Below, piece after piece: positions 31,208 through 39,672 of a stretch of DNA of 64,000 nt. Source of the stretch: Bacteroidales bacterium. Lineage in GTDB: Bacteria > Bacteroidota > Bacteroidia > Bacteroidales > WCHB1-69. The stretch lies in the NCBI GenBank assembly GCA_045534635.1, contig JAZSKB010000051.1:4663-68662 (forward strand), read 5' to 3'. Position 1 is the first letter of the stretch, and every line of letters starts with the position of its first letter. The translations under genes and the position numbers were made by a program. Under the pieces are notes generated by a model. That model was not told the DNA's origin. It did no database searches and saw only the letters and a list, made by a program, of their open reading frames with translations.

Positions 31208-32128
31208 CTATCTATTGCGAATCTCTTCTTTGATATTTTTGTCACCGTATTTTTTTGCCTTTTTCAAATAAATCTCCTCTTTTTTCTTGTCACCTATACG
31301 ATTATACGCCTCTGCAATATTGAGTAACACCAACGCATCTCGTGGATTCGCTTCTTCTGCTCTTAACAACCACATCAAAGCGGAGTCTTCCTGCCCCATG
31401 ATATGATAGGTAGCCGCCATTATATTGAGACTAAAGACATCCTGCGGATATAGTCGCAACATACTTTGTGCAATGCTACGTATATAGCATATCTTCAAAG
31501 TATCTTGTATGGTCAGAGTATCAGAATTTGACAACGCATTATATAGTGTCTTCTCATAATCAAAAATTGAATATATCAGTATAGTGTCTATAGATTCAGT
31601 GATATTTGGATACTCCCATGCATTATTGTTTTTTTCAGCATGTTCAAGGGTTGACAGTATCTCATCTGTATAAGATTGCCATCGTCCGCTTTGGCTTAAT
31701 AGGTATATTTTCCCGAAACGCATGTCTAAACGGTCAGGATACCGTAGTATACCCTCTGAAATAATTAAAAGAGCGGAATCTGTCAAGAGGGAATCGTAAT
31801 ATTCCACACCATACATATATCCGGCAACATTCCCTATGCTGTCAGTCAAGGTGAACACTCCGGACACATCTATTCCTTCCGGAAGTTCTGTGGAAAGAAT
31901 AGGACCTTTTGAAACATGTGCCTTATTCACCCAATAATTGTATTCTGCAATGTAACGTTCTGCACTTTGGTCGTTACCGTAACGAATTTCGGACAATGTC
32001 TGCTCAATTGTAGCACTATCATTTTCACGCAAAGCTTTATAAAAGTTGTCATATACATTCTGAGCATCCGCGATTTCGCATGAAAAAGCATATAGCACTA
32101 CAACTACACTGATTATCAATTTTTTCAT
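31208..32128 (-). CDS. Hypothetical secreted TPR-like protein (island cassette)
   Basis: The start is taken at MKKLIISVVVVLYAFSC (32128), which lies downstream of the shared promoter. The C-terminal part looks like TPR helices (NIAEAYNRIGDKKKEEIYLKKA). Confidence 0.55.
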   Translation of the reverse strand: MKKLIISVVVVLYAFSCEIADAQNVYDNFYKALRENDSATIEQTLSEIRYGNDQSAERYIAEYNYWVNKAHVSKGPILSTELPEGIDVSGVFTLTDSIGNVAGYMYGVEYYDSLLTDSALLIISEGILRYPDRLDMRFGKIYLLSQSGRWQSYTDEILSTLEHAEKNNNAWEYPNITESIDTILIYSIFDYEKTLYNALSNSDTLTIQDTLKICYIRSIAQSMLRLYPQDVFSLNIMAATYHIMGQEDSALMWLLRAEEANPRDALVLLNIAEAYNRIGDKKKEEIYLKKAKKYGDKNIKEEIRNR

Positions 32129-32190
32129 AAATAAAAACATTAAAAATTTTGTAATTGCAAAAGTAATCAAAATTTTAAATACTGCCGATA
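32129..32190. repeat. Repeat R2, partial copy (promoter arm only) with minus-strand -7 box at 32158..32165
   Basis: CATAAATAAAAACATTAAAAATTTTGTAATTGCAAAAGTAATCAAAATTTTAAAT is nearly identical to 32974..33030. The minus strand carries TACTTTTG. Confidence 0.75.
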
Positions 32191-32199
32191 TATGCAAAA

Positions 32200-32973
32200 T
32201 CAAGGCAATTCATCCAGTTCAATGCTGACAACCGCGGTTTTTCCGCTGGACGAACCCACATATTTATAGACCAGATTACGGTTGGTGGCTTTAATGGTAC
32301 TAGTCAGACTTTGTGTTGTCACACCATTGACGACTAAATTCTCAATAATCCCTTTCTTCATTTCCGACAGATTATTATTCAAATTGTCAATATCAATAAC
32401 CGACTCATCGCATTCATATATGTAAACGAAACTTTTTTTATCCAACTGCACATCCTTAATCGTCAAGCCCCTGACCACTTCCATAGGAATTTGCATTTTC
32501 ACGTTGTCATAGACGGATTTCAGCAGCATTTCCGGATCGGCATCAGCTCCGGGCATGTTTGCTTTAAGCTCTTCAACAGTGAAGTATATACTGAAGTTCC
32601 TTTCTTTCCCGTCAATAAAAATCAACAGCAGATCCGCATTGGCCCTTATAACTGCTTCAAAAAGCTTTTTAAACGACTCGTTCTGATTATTGGCAAAACC
32701 TAAAAGTACATTGCTGCGCAAGGCGGCCTCATTTGAACGAAAGGAATCAAGATTCATCTGTCCTGCAACAACACCATAGGTTATTACAACCGTGTTATGC
32801 GAATAATCCATATTCTCAATCGACGTATACTCGTCCACCTGAATAGGGCATTCTTTCGCTACTTCTTTGATAATATTTTTAAGTTCCTTTTTGTTTTTTT
32901 GAACATTGCTGCCACATAAGACGTATGATAGCATCAAAGGCAACACAAGTATACTGATTATCAGTTTTTTCAT
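32200..32973 (-). CDS. Hypothetical lipoprotein (island cassette)
   Basis: 257 aa. MKKLIISILVLPLMLSYVLCG shares its first 7 codons with the gene at 31208..32128. Confidence 0.55.
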   Translation of the reverse strand: MKKLIISILVLPLMLSYVLCGSNVQKNKKELKNIIKEVAKECPIQVDEYTSIENMDYSHNTVVITYGVVAGQMNLDSFRSNEAALRSNVLLGFANNQNESFKKLFEAVIRANADLLLIFIDGKERNFSIYFTVEELKANMPGADADPEMLLKSVYDNVKMQIPMEVVRGLTIKDVQLDKKSFVYIYECDESVIDIDNLNNNLSEMKKGIIENLVVNGVTTQSLTSTIKATNRNLVYKYVGSSSGKTAVVSIELDELP

Positions 32974-33205
32974 AAATCAAAACATTGAAAATTTTGTAAT
33001 TGCAAAAGTAATCAAAATTTTAATTCTTAATAACTTTTCCTGTGAAAATTTTCCTTTGTTGCTTTATATCCGCAGTGGAATATATTCCGATTGGTTCGTC
33101 TCACAAGGACTGCTTTTTCAATTGCGGGAGGCAATATTCCGTGCATCTTTCCGTTATATAAAAATAACATTGGGAAACATCCATGCATAAAACAGGTTCA
33201 GTGCT
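32974..33205. repeat. Repeat R2, full copy a: divergent intergenic module (minus-strand -7 box at 33003..33010)
   Basis: Shares long identical strings with 35336..35630: GCAAAAGTAATCAAAATTTTAATT, TTCCTTTGTTGCTT, CCGATTGGTTCG.CTCACAAGGACT, CAATATTCCGTGCATCTTTCCGTTAT. Confidence 0.8.
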
Positions 33206-34201
33206 ATGAATATCAGAGACATCTTTGGTTTCCGCGAGCACCGGCACACGACGGAAAGATTGCGGCACGTGGCCTTCGGGCATGCCGCCACCGCCTGTGG
33301 TGCGATGGTGACGCTGGCTGCTTTCTATACATTATGGATACTGATCATGCATTGTACGATGGAGGACGATCCGCATCATCTCTTTGTCAAACAGATGAAG
33401 AGCGGCAACGTGGTCATAAAACGGCTCAACGCCTACCGCGACAGCTGCGGTGTTTTCCCGGAAGGTCTTGAAAGTATCGGCTTCCGTAAATTACACGGGG
33501 ATAACTTCTTCGGCGTCCAGAACCCCTTCTCTGTATATTATCACATTTTTGAGTATATCCGGCTGGACGACACCTCCTTCTATCTTGGATATGAGGATTG
33601 GTCTGGCGGAAGAGAACAATACTTGTCGTCCGAAGAACGGTGGCGGATGGTCATATATGGATGTGATGAGCATTCAGAAAGACTTCCTGACTACTATGAA
33701 GGTCGGGATGTTACTTCCGTCTATCTGCACGAATATGAAATAGCGGATCATCAGGACACCATACGGAAACTGCTGGAAACGCTTATAGATAACCGTAACG
33801 ATGCCGGACAGCAGTTCCTGCTGACGTTTTTCCACAGTTATGATACGGCATACAGCCATTTCTCCGAGGATTTCACATATAGGGAGGATACCGTTTATCG
33901 CATACGCCACAACAGCGTTTTACAAACATTTGACCTTTCGAAGCCTTATGCCTATCTGGACATGTTCAGCGATATTGACGGCTACCTTCTGATAAACGGG
34001 CATATCTGCTTTTTTTCTGATAGGTCATGGTATCCCATCGCTCGCCGAAGGCTGCATCAGACTGGCAGGGGACGGGTATTCACCGATCCTGTCAATTTAA
34101 AACCGAGCGTTGGCAACGACCAGTGCTGGTTTCTTGACATGGAGTTCCACTACTACGGTGGTAAAGCATCGCTACAGGGGACATGTATTCTTACATGGTA
34201 A
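33206..34201 (+). CDS. Hypothetical membrane-anchored protein (island cassette, most GC-rich segment)
   Basis: 331 aa with one N-terminal hydrophobic helix (MVTLAAFYTLWILIM). No domain recognised. Confidence 0.5.
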   Translation: MNIRDIFGFREHRHTTERLRHVAFGHAATACGAMVTLAAFYTLWILIMHCTMEDDPHHLFVKQMKSGNVVIKRLNAYRDSCGVFPEGLESIGFRKLHGDNFFGVQNPFSVYYHIFEYIRLDDTSFYLGYEDWSGGREQYLSSEERWRMVIYGCDEHSERLPDYYEGRDVTSVYLHEYEIADHQDTIRKLLETLIDNRNDAGQQFLLTFFHSYDTAYSHFSEDFTYREDTVYRIRHNSVLQTFDLSKPYAYLDMFSDIDGYLLINGHICFFSDRSWYPIARRRLHQTGRGRVFTDPVNLKPSVGNDQCWFLDMEFHYYGGKASLQGTCILTW

Positions 34202-34212
34202 AAAAATGCACG

Positions 34213-34410
34213 TCACCACGGCTGATGCTGTTGGAGAAAGATTTCCTTCACGCCATGTCTGGGGACCCCAATAAAATTCGGAAAAAAAACTCCCTTCATG
34301 GCGGATGATGTATGATTTCCCGTCCTGATGCACCCTTCAACTATGATAATCTTCTCCATTGGAGAGTTAAAATATTTTTTAAGAATTGATTGTATCTTTC
34401 TTTCAAGCAT
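34213..34410 (-). pseudogene. Possible N-terminal fragment of an AAA-type ATPase gene
   Basis: 65-aa ORF. MLERKIQSILKKYFNSPMEKIIIVEG.IRTG resembles the N-terminus (up to the P-loop position) of Bacteroidales AAA/DUF4143-type ATPases, but the P-loop is destroyed. Confidence 0.25.
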
Positions 34411-34459
34411 GGTCCGTCACATTTTCTATCCGATAAAAATACAACCTTTTCCGATTTTT

Positions 34460-35335
34460 TCATCCCTGACAGGCTTCGCAGAAACTGCTGGCGTTTTTGC
34501 GTAAATAAGCAACCAGCAACGCATCAATATTCTCTTCTTTATCTAAACGGGAAAATTTATCAACCAGATGAGACATTTTATTAAACATCGGATCCGATTC
34601 CTTCTCCTCCGTCCATTCGGTACAGCAGAAACGTTCGTTCTCCTCCGTCATAATTGTTTGCAACGCCTCCGCATGTTTCACAGCACCAATTTCACGATAG
34701 GCACGAATAAGAAGGTATTCTCCGTCAAAAGACTTCTTCCAACCTTCTCCTTCACAGACAATATTGTAGAAAATATCGATATAATAAAGGTAATAACATA
34801 TATCTTGCACGTGTTTATGTTCATCAGATAAATTTTTATCATAATGGAAATCGCTGCACCAATCTATAAGCTCCTCATCATAAAGGCTGTCAAACAGTTC
34901 GCGGGTCATACGGGGAAAGCGAGCAAGTTCGGCAGTTTTTTCAAACTGTTTCAAAATACTTGTTCTACGATAAAGATATATAGCTAACAACAGACAAGGA
35001 ATACTTCCGAAAAGCAGGGTTATCTTCAAAATGTCGAAACTACTGTATTTCTGCCAAATTTCCTCCAAACCCATTATAATGAATAGAAAAAATATTAATG
35101 GAATTAATGAAAAAAACAGCATAAGTGGAATATAGACCCACAGATTTAAACGCTCCCTCCGCCCTGTGGAACCAGTTGTGACTTCACAATAAGCGTAATG
35201 ACGTTTCGCACCGCAGTAGGGACAGGTACGCACAAACACCTCACCCTCTTTCTCTCGAATCTCATCCACCGTCTCATAACGGCCTTTGATAGGGATATGC
35301 TCTCCACACTTGCCGCAATTTACATAGTATTTCAT
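34460..35335 (-). CDS. Zinc-ribbon / two-TM protein with a DUF4375 (DMP19)-like C-terminal domain (island cassette)
   Basis: 291 aa. CGKCG...CPYCG zinc ribbon and two hydrophobic helices. The C-terminal helical domain tentatively resembles the DMP19/immunity-type fold. Confidence 0.5.
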   Translation of the reverse strand: MKYYVNCGKCGEHIPIKGRYETVDEIREKEGEVFVRTCPYCGAKRHYAYCEVTTGSTGRRERLNLWVYIPLMLFFSLIPLIFFLFIIMGLEEIWQKYSSFDILKITLLFGSIPCLLLAIYLYRRTSILKQFEKTAELARFPRMTRELFDSLYDEELIDWCSDFHYDKNLSDEHKHVQDICYYLYYIDIFYNIVCEGEGWKKSFDGEYLLIRAYREIGAVKHAEALQTIMTEENERFCCTEWTEEKESDPMFNKMSHLVDKFSRLDKEENIDALLVAYLRKNASSFCEACQG

Positions 35336-35630
35336 AACTTTATTTTTTAAATGGCAAAAGTAATCAAAATTTTAATTTTTTATAACTTTTCCTATGAAAT
35401 TTTTCCTTTGTTGCTTTTAATCTGTAGATGGGATATATTACCGATTGGTTCGCCTCACAAGGACTATTTTTTCAATAAAATAAACTTGCATTACGTTTTC
35501 TTCACTCATTCCACCTGCGTTTTTTCGGTTGCGGAACGCAATATTCCGTGCATCTTTCCGTTATGTAAGAAATAACATTTGGGAATATCCATAAAAAAAA
35601 CAGTATTAACAGTTTAAAGCAGATTCTATT
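35336..35630. repeat. Repeat R2, full copy b, with an internal ~55-nt insertion (minus-strand -7 box at 35355..35362)
   Basis: Same module as 32974..33205, plus extra sequence ATAAAATAAACTTGCATTACG...GGTTGCGGAACG between the two conserved arms. Confidence 0.8.
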
Positions 35631-36203
35631 ATGAAACAAATTATTCTACTCGTTGTCATTTTAATAATAGTCATTGCCATTCTGTTGCTGAAATTCAAAT
35701 TCCATTACCCTGATGTAACGAAAGATGCTTTTGTTGAAAAAAACAAATCAATGGAAAAAAGAGTGATTTTGATTGAAGAAATGAGTGAAGAACAATTGAA
35801 TGATGCCATTCATGAATTTATTGGCATGTACAAGGATAATATAGATATTTCTACTTTGGAAGAACCGCTTGTTACACGCTACGAAAAAGGATTTCTTCTC
35901 ACCTTTTCTGCAAACGTTGACTATGATTTGTTTTGCTTTTGGGTGAATTATCTTGTTTATTCCGATAAGGAACAGAAAGAAAGATATTCAGTTTACGGAT
36001 GGTATCCTTTCGGTGAAGTGGAACGTCAGAAAGAAACCATAAATTTCAGCGGTAAAACCATTATGCTTTACATTCCCAAAGAGGATGACGAATTTGATAA
36101 TGTGTATATAATTACACCTGACAATCAATATTATAAGAATGAGTTTGCTGGAACGACGAAGGCAATCTCCCCTCGTAAGGAACAATACCGCCTAAAACCT
36201 TAA
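35631..36203 (+). CDS. Hypothetical membrane-anchored protein (island cassette)
   Basis: 190 aa with N-terminal TM helix IILLVVILIIVIAILLL. Confidence 0.5.
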   Translation: MKQIILLVVILIIVIAILLLKFKFHYPDVTKDAFVEKNKSMEKRVILIEEMSEEQLNDAIHEFIGMYKDNIDISTLEEPLVTRYEKGFLLTFSANVDYDLFCFWVNYLVYSDKEQKERYSVYGWYPFGEVERQKETINFSGKTIMLYIPKEDDEFDNVYIITPDNQYYKNEFAGTTKAISPRKEQYRLKP

Positions 36204-36258
36204 TACCTCCGCATTCAAAAAGTGCAGTGATTCCCTTATTTTATACTGAATTTACGAT

Positions 36259-36347
36259 AAAACAACTCTTTTGTTGCGGTTTAGATAGTTTTATGTAACC
36301 TCGATTGTCAAAAACTGCGATGAAAGGAAAAAAATCGAAAATTAGAG
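36259..36347 (+). repeat. Leader repeat R1, copy 2
   Basis: AAACAACTCTTTTGTTGCGGTTTAGATAG...CTCGATTGTCAAAAACTGCGATGAAAGGAAAAAAATCGAAAATTAGAG. It ends 19 nt before the ATG at 36366. Confidence 0.75.
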
Positions 36348-36365
36348 GTTCCCAAAAATAAAATT

Positions 36366-36908
36366 ATGGCAAGAATAATAAAAATAACAAGGAGTTCATC
36401 TACAGGTTGGTGGGCATGGACAGCAGGAGATTGCTCTGGTTGGGCAAACTCAAAAAGAGAAGCAAGGCGACAAGCTAGAGAAGCTCTATCATCAGGAAAT
36501 TGTGATTGTGAAATAACTCCCCCAAACGGAGGTATTATCGTTAATAATAATTCATCAAATGAAGGAAATAGTACAATTTATTTCCCAGATACGAATGGAA
36601 AAATGAAGGAGTATCCTTTAGATGAAATAAATGAAAATACTGCTATGTGGTTGTTAGGTAGTTGTAATTATATAGAAGAAGACTCAACACCAGAAGAACG
36701 AGTTATTGCTCTTTTAAAAGTTTGGGATATTTATCAAGGAGATATAGTTTTATCTGATATTTTGGTAAATCATAATTTACAAGCAGAGGAATTTTATATT
36801 TTAGCCTCAAAAGAATGGAATTATATATTTATTAATATAGATAACGATGAAAACATTTCATGGACTTTTTCTGATACAGATCCTGATCCTGATTTTGGTA
36901 ACGAATAA
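36366..36908 (+). CDS. Hypothetical protein (island cassette)
   Basis: 180 aa, with no signal peptide and an acidic C-terminus. No domain recognised. Confidence 0.45.
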   Translation: MARIIKITRSSSTGWWAWTAGDCSGWANSKREARRQAREALSSGNCDCEITPPNGGIIVNNNSSNEGNSTIYFPDTNGKMKEYPLDEINENTAMWLLGSCNYIEEDSTPEERVIALLKVWDIYQGDIVLSDILVNHNLQAEEFYILASKEWNYIFINIDNDENISWTFSDTDPDPDFGNE

Positions 36909-37485
36909 TATATATGGGCAAACACCTTTCGGAACGGAAAAGGTAAAAAATGTTGACAATCTGTTTGTAGATTGTTCCGAAGTTACCAATATCAGTTGGA
37001 TGGAATACCTGTATTTCTTAAAGATCGAATACGGAGAAAATTCTCCGCAATATAAAGCTGCTGTTCCTGATACAACTTTGACCGGCTATTCTTTCAAACA
37101 TCCGACATACCGTAACTATCCTGTTGTGGGCATTACTTACGACCAAGCGTTAGCTTATGCCCGATGGCGAACCAAAGCTGCGAACATAATTTTGGAGCAA
37201 TCCAGCAAAAAATATCGTTATGAATATCTATTAGCTTCTGAAGAGGTTCTCCAACAAGCATTTTCACAACAAAAGAGCAAGTTGGGTCAATTGTCGGCAC
37301 TGCAAGCCGTAACATCAAAAAAAATGGTACATATTGATGACAATGCCAAAGAAATCACTTCCGACAAAACCATTGTTATCGGTGCTCAAGGAGAGCAATT
37401 GACATTTGAACCCTATCAAAAACCAGACGCTGCAACAAGTTTCCGTTGTATGGCAAGAGTTGTCAAATGTGTAAAAACGAAATAA
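36847..37485 (+). CDS. Short FGE-sulfatase/SUMF1-fold protein with signal peptide (island cassette)
   Basis: 212 aa. Contains EVTNISWMEY, YPVVGITYDQALAYARWR and a C-terminal SFRCMARV, typical of the formylglycine-generating-enzyme fold. Its 5' 62 nt overlap the preceding ORF. Confidence 0.55.
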   Translation: MKTFHGLFLIQILILILVTNNIYGQTPFGTEKVKNVDNLFVDCSEVTNISWMEYLYFLKIEYGENSPQYKAAVPDTTLTGYSFKHPTYRNYPVVGITYDQALAYARWRTKAANIILEQSSKKYRYEYLLASEEVLQQAFSQQKSKLGQLSALQAVTSKKMVHIDDNAKEITSDKTIVIGAQGEQLTFEPYQKPDAATSFRCMARVVKCVKTK

Positions 37486-37487
37486 GT

Positions 37488-37514
37488 AAGGGAGAAAAGA
37501 CAATCTCCCTTTTA
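37488..37514 (+). terminator. Hairpin terminator after the FGE-fold gene
   Basis: 8-bp stem AAGGGAGA/TCTCCCTT followed by TTTATAATT. Confidence 0.55.
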
Positions 37515-37920
37515 TAATTGATATTCAAAATGGTGATGAAGAAAGCCGCGAAAAGAATAAGATAAAGACACAACGCCCTCACCGAAAAGCATTCAACAGA
37601 CTAGGCATTATTAACTATTGTACCCGACACGTAGGGAGAATTAACTGTGAGCGATTATTATTTTTATCTATCTTCCGATAATGATGATTGGGGAATTGTA
37701 TTCTCAATTAGTGAATTAACCGAGTGGAAAATGATGAGGAAATAAATGAACAAGAACATCTTTAACACCAAAATCAACGACCAGAACACTTACTTTGGAA
37801 ACTTGCCCGATAGTACATGCTAGAAAAGAAATAATTTGCCTATGACACGTTTTGACATAGATGTGTTTTAATTTTGCAGCACAAAATGCAAAAAACTGAT
37901 TATCATAATTATTTTTTATG

Positions 37921-37928
37921 TATATTTG
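37921..37928 (+). promoter_or_regulatory. -7 box (TATATTTG) in front of leader repeat copy 3
   Basis: Exact TAnnTTTG match ~40 nt upstream of the conserved leader core. Confidence 0.45.
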
Positions 37929-37966
37929 CAGATTGAAAATATTGCAGTTTCAGTTTTAAAGGGAAT

Positions 37967-38013
37967 CTCAGCTGTCAAAAACTGCGGTAAAAGGAAAAAA
38001 GTAAAAATTAGAG
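37967..38013 (+). repeat. Leader repeat R1, copy 3 (3' core only, no downstream gene)
   Basis: CTCAGCTGTCAAAAACTGCGGTAAAAGGAAAAAAGTAAAAATTAGAG. It runs straight into a hairpin instead of a start codon. Confidence 0.75.
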
Positions 38014-38029
38014 ATAACCTCTAATTTTT
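38003..38029. terminator. Bidirectional hairpin at the right island boundary
   Basis: Stem AAAAATTAGAG/CTCTAATTTTT with loop ATAAC. Its left arm is the end of leader copy 3. Confidence 0.55.
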
Positions 38030-38412
38030 ATACCTTTGCTTCTAAAAAAAGTATCAATGGTTTTGCCACTTTTTTAAAAGAATTACATGGAATATCATAT
38101 TTCATACCATAAAAACCTTTATGTCCATATTTTGCAACCATTAAAGACATTCCTGTTTTAATTCCAGATAGATAGGTAACCTTTTCAATTTCATTATAAA
38201 AGATTCTTTTTCTTCGATGAAATATTCGCGTCAGAAAAAAAACTTCATAATATTCATCATAAAAATAAAAAATACGAAAAATGAATATAAAATATTAAAC
38301 CTATATAAATACTCAATGGTAGGTAGAATTTATTTATACATAAAACAAATAATGGTAGTACCAATTGTAATGTAATTACATTTCCCCAGTCAATACCAAC
38401 TTTTATTTTCAT
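38028..38412 (-). pseudogene. Possible frameshifted small membrane protein gene (two TM helices plus a bacterial-PH-like tail)
   Basis: The ATG at 38412 opens ~50 codons (MKIKVGIDWGNV...). The +1 frame continues ...YNEIEKVTYLSGIKTGMSLMVAKYGHKGFYGMKYD... to a stop at 38028. The junction lies in T-runs. Confidence 0.3.
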
Positions 38413-38493
38413 TTTTTAGTAATTTTTTACTATACAAAATTTTAAATCAAAGAAAGGAATTTTGAGAAGAAAGAGAATTTTTTGAGATATAAA

Positions 38494-39069
38494 TTAAACC
38501 AATCCAGCAAATCCCATAAAAGCCAACGCTAAAATACCTGCGGTGATAAGAGCAATAGGCATTCCTTGCATATTTTTTGGAGGCTCACACATTTCTATAT
38601 GTTCTCTACATCCAGCAAAAAGAATTAAAGCAAGAGCAAAACCTACGGCGGTGAAAAACGCATACAAGAGAGCACCTCCAAGATTGTAATTTTGTTGAAT
38701 AACCATAATAGATACACCTAAAACAGCACAATTGGTTGTAATTAGTGGTAAAAATATTCCTAATGCTTGATACAACGAAGGACTAATTTTTTTAAGTACA
38801 ATCTCTAACATTTGTACTAATGCAGCAATGATAAGAATATAACAAATAGTCTGTAAAAATACCAAATCAAGAGGAACAAGGATATATTGATAAACTAAAA
38901 AAGTTGCTAATGTTGCCATTGTAGTAACAAAAATTACAGCGGCCCCCATACCAGCAGATGTCGCTATTTTATTGGAAACACCCAAAAAAGGACAAATTCC
39001 TAAAAATTGAGAAAATACAATATTATTTACAAATACTGTCGAAATGATAATAAAAATTAAAGCGGTCAT
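38494..39069 (-). CDS. rnfA: Rnf electron transport complex subunit A
   Basis: 191 aa polytopic protein with RnfA/NqrE-type sequence (NNIVFSQFLGICPFLGVS). Confidence 0.92.
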   Translation of the reverse strand: MTALIFIIISTVFVNNIVFSQFLGICPFLGVSNKIATSAGMGAAVIFVTTMATLATFLVYQYILVPLDLVFLQTICYILIIAALVQMLEIVLKKISPSLYQALGIFLPLITTNCAVLGVSIMVIQQNYNLGGALLYAFFTAVGFALALILFAGCREHIEMCEPPKNMQGMPIALITAGILALAFMGFAGLV

Positions 39070-39081
39070 AATGTATTAATT

Positions 39082-39672
39082 TTAAGCGTTTTTTCTATTT
39101 TTAAATGAATTAACAATGGCTAATAATAATCCTAAAGCAAGAAAAGCTCCCGGTGCTAACACAAAAACAAGAATACCATCTGCAGGAGAAAATTTCATTC
39201 CTAAAAAGGATAAATTGCCTAAAAATTCGCGAACAATACCCAACAATGTTAAAGATAAAGTAAAACCTAACCCCATACCCAATCCGTCAATAGCAGAATT
39301 GAAAATAGTATTTTTTGAAGCAAATGCTTCTGCTCTACCTAAAACAATACAATTAACAACAATTAAAGGAATAAATAATCCTAATTGTACATGTAAATCA
39401 GGAAGATATGCTTGCATTAATAAGTCAACAACTGTTACAAAGGAAGCGATGATAACAATAAAAGAAGGTATTCGTACCGTATCAGGAATAAGACTTTTGA
39501 GACAAGCGATAACAATATTCGATAAAATAAGTACAAATGTAGTTGCTAAACCCATACCCAGTCCATTGAATGCAGAAGTTGTTACGCCCAAAGTAGGACA
39601 CATTCCTAACAAAAGTACAAATGTTGGATTTTCTTTTAATATTCCATTAGTAAATATTTTCCATTTATTCAT
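39082..39672 (-). CDS. rnfE: Rnf electron transport complex subunit E
   Basis: 196 aa with RnfE/NqrD-type sequence ([18 protein letters not shown]). Confidence 0.92.
   Translation of the reverse strand: MNKWKIFTNGILKENPTFVLLLGMCPTLGVTTSAFNGLGMGLATTFVLILSNIVIACLKSLIPDTVRIPSFIVIIASFVTVVDLLMQAYLPDLHVQLGLFIPLIVVNCIVLGRAEAFASKNTIFNSAIDGLGMGLGFTLSLTLLGIVREFLGNLSFLGMKFSPADGILVFVLAPGAFLALGLLLAIVNSFKNRKNA

Noticed and set aside
32906-33190. ORFs spanning the R2 repeats (32906..33190 and 35351..35575) translate to similar peptides (AKVIKILI..NFS.E.FPLLL).
   Set aside because: The similarity simply follows the nucleotide repeat. The frames diverge after the shared DNA. The peptides are low-complexity and overlap the promoter and 5' end of the minus-strand genes.
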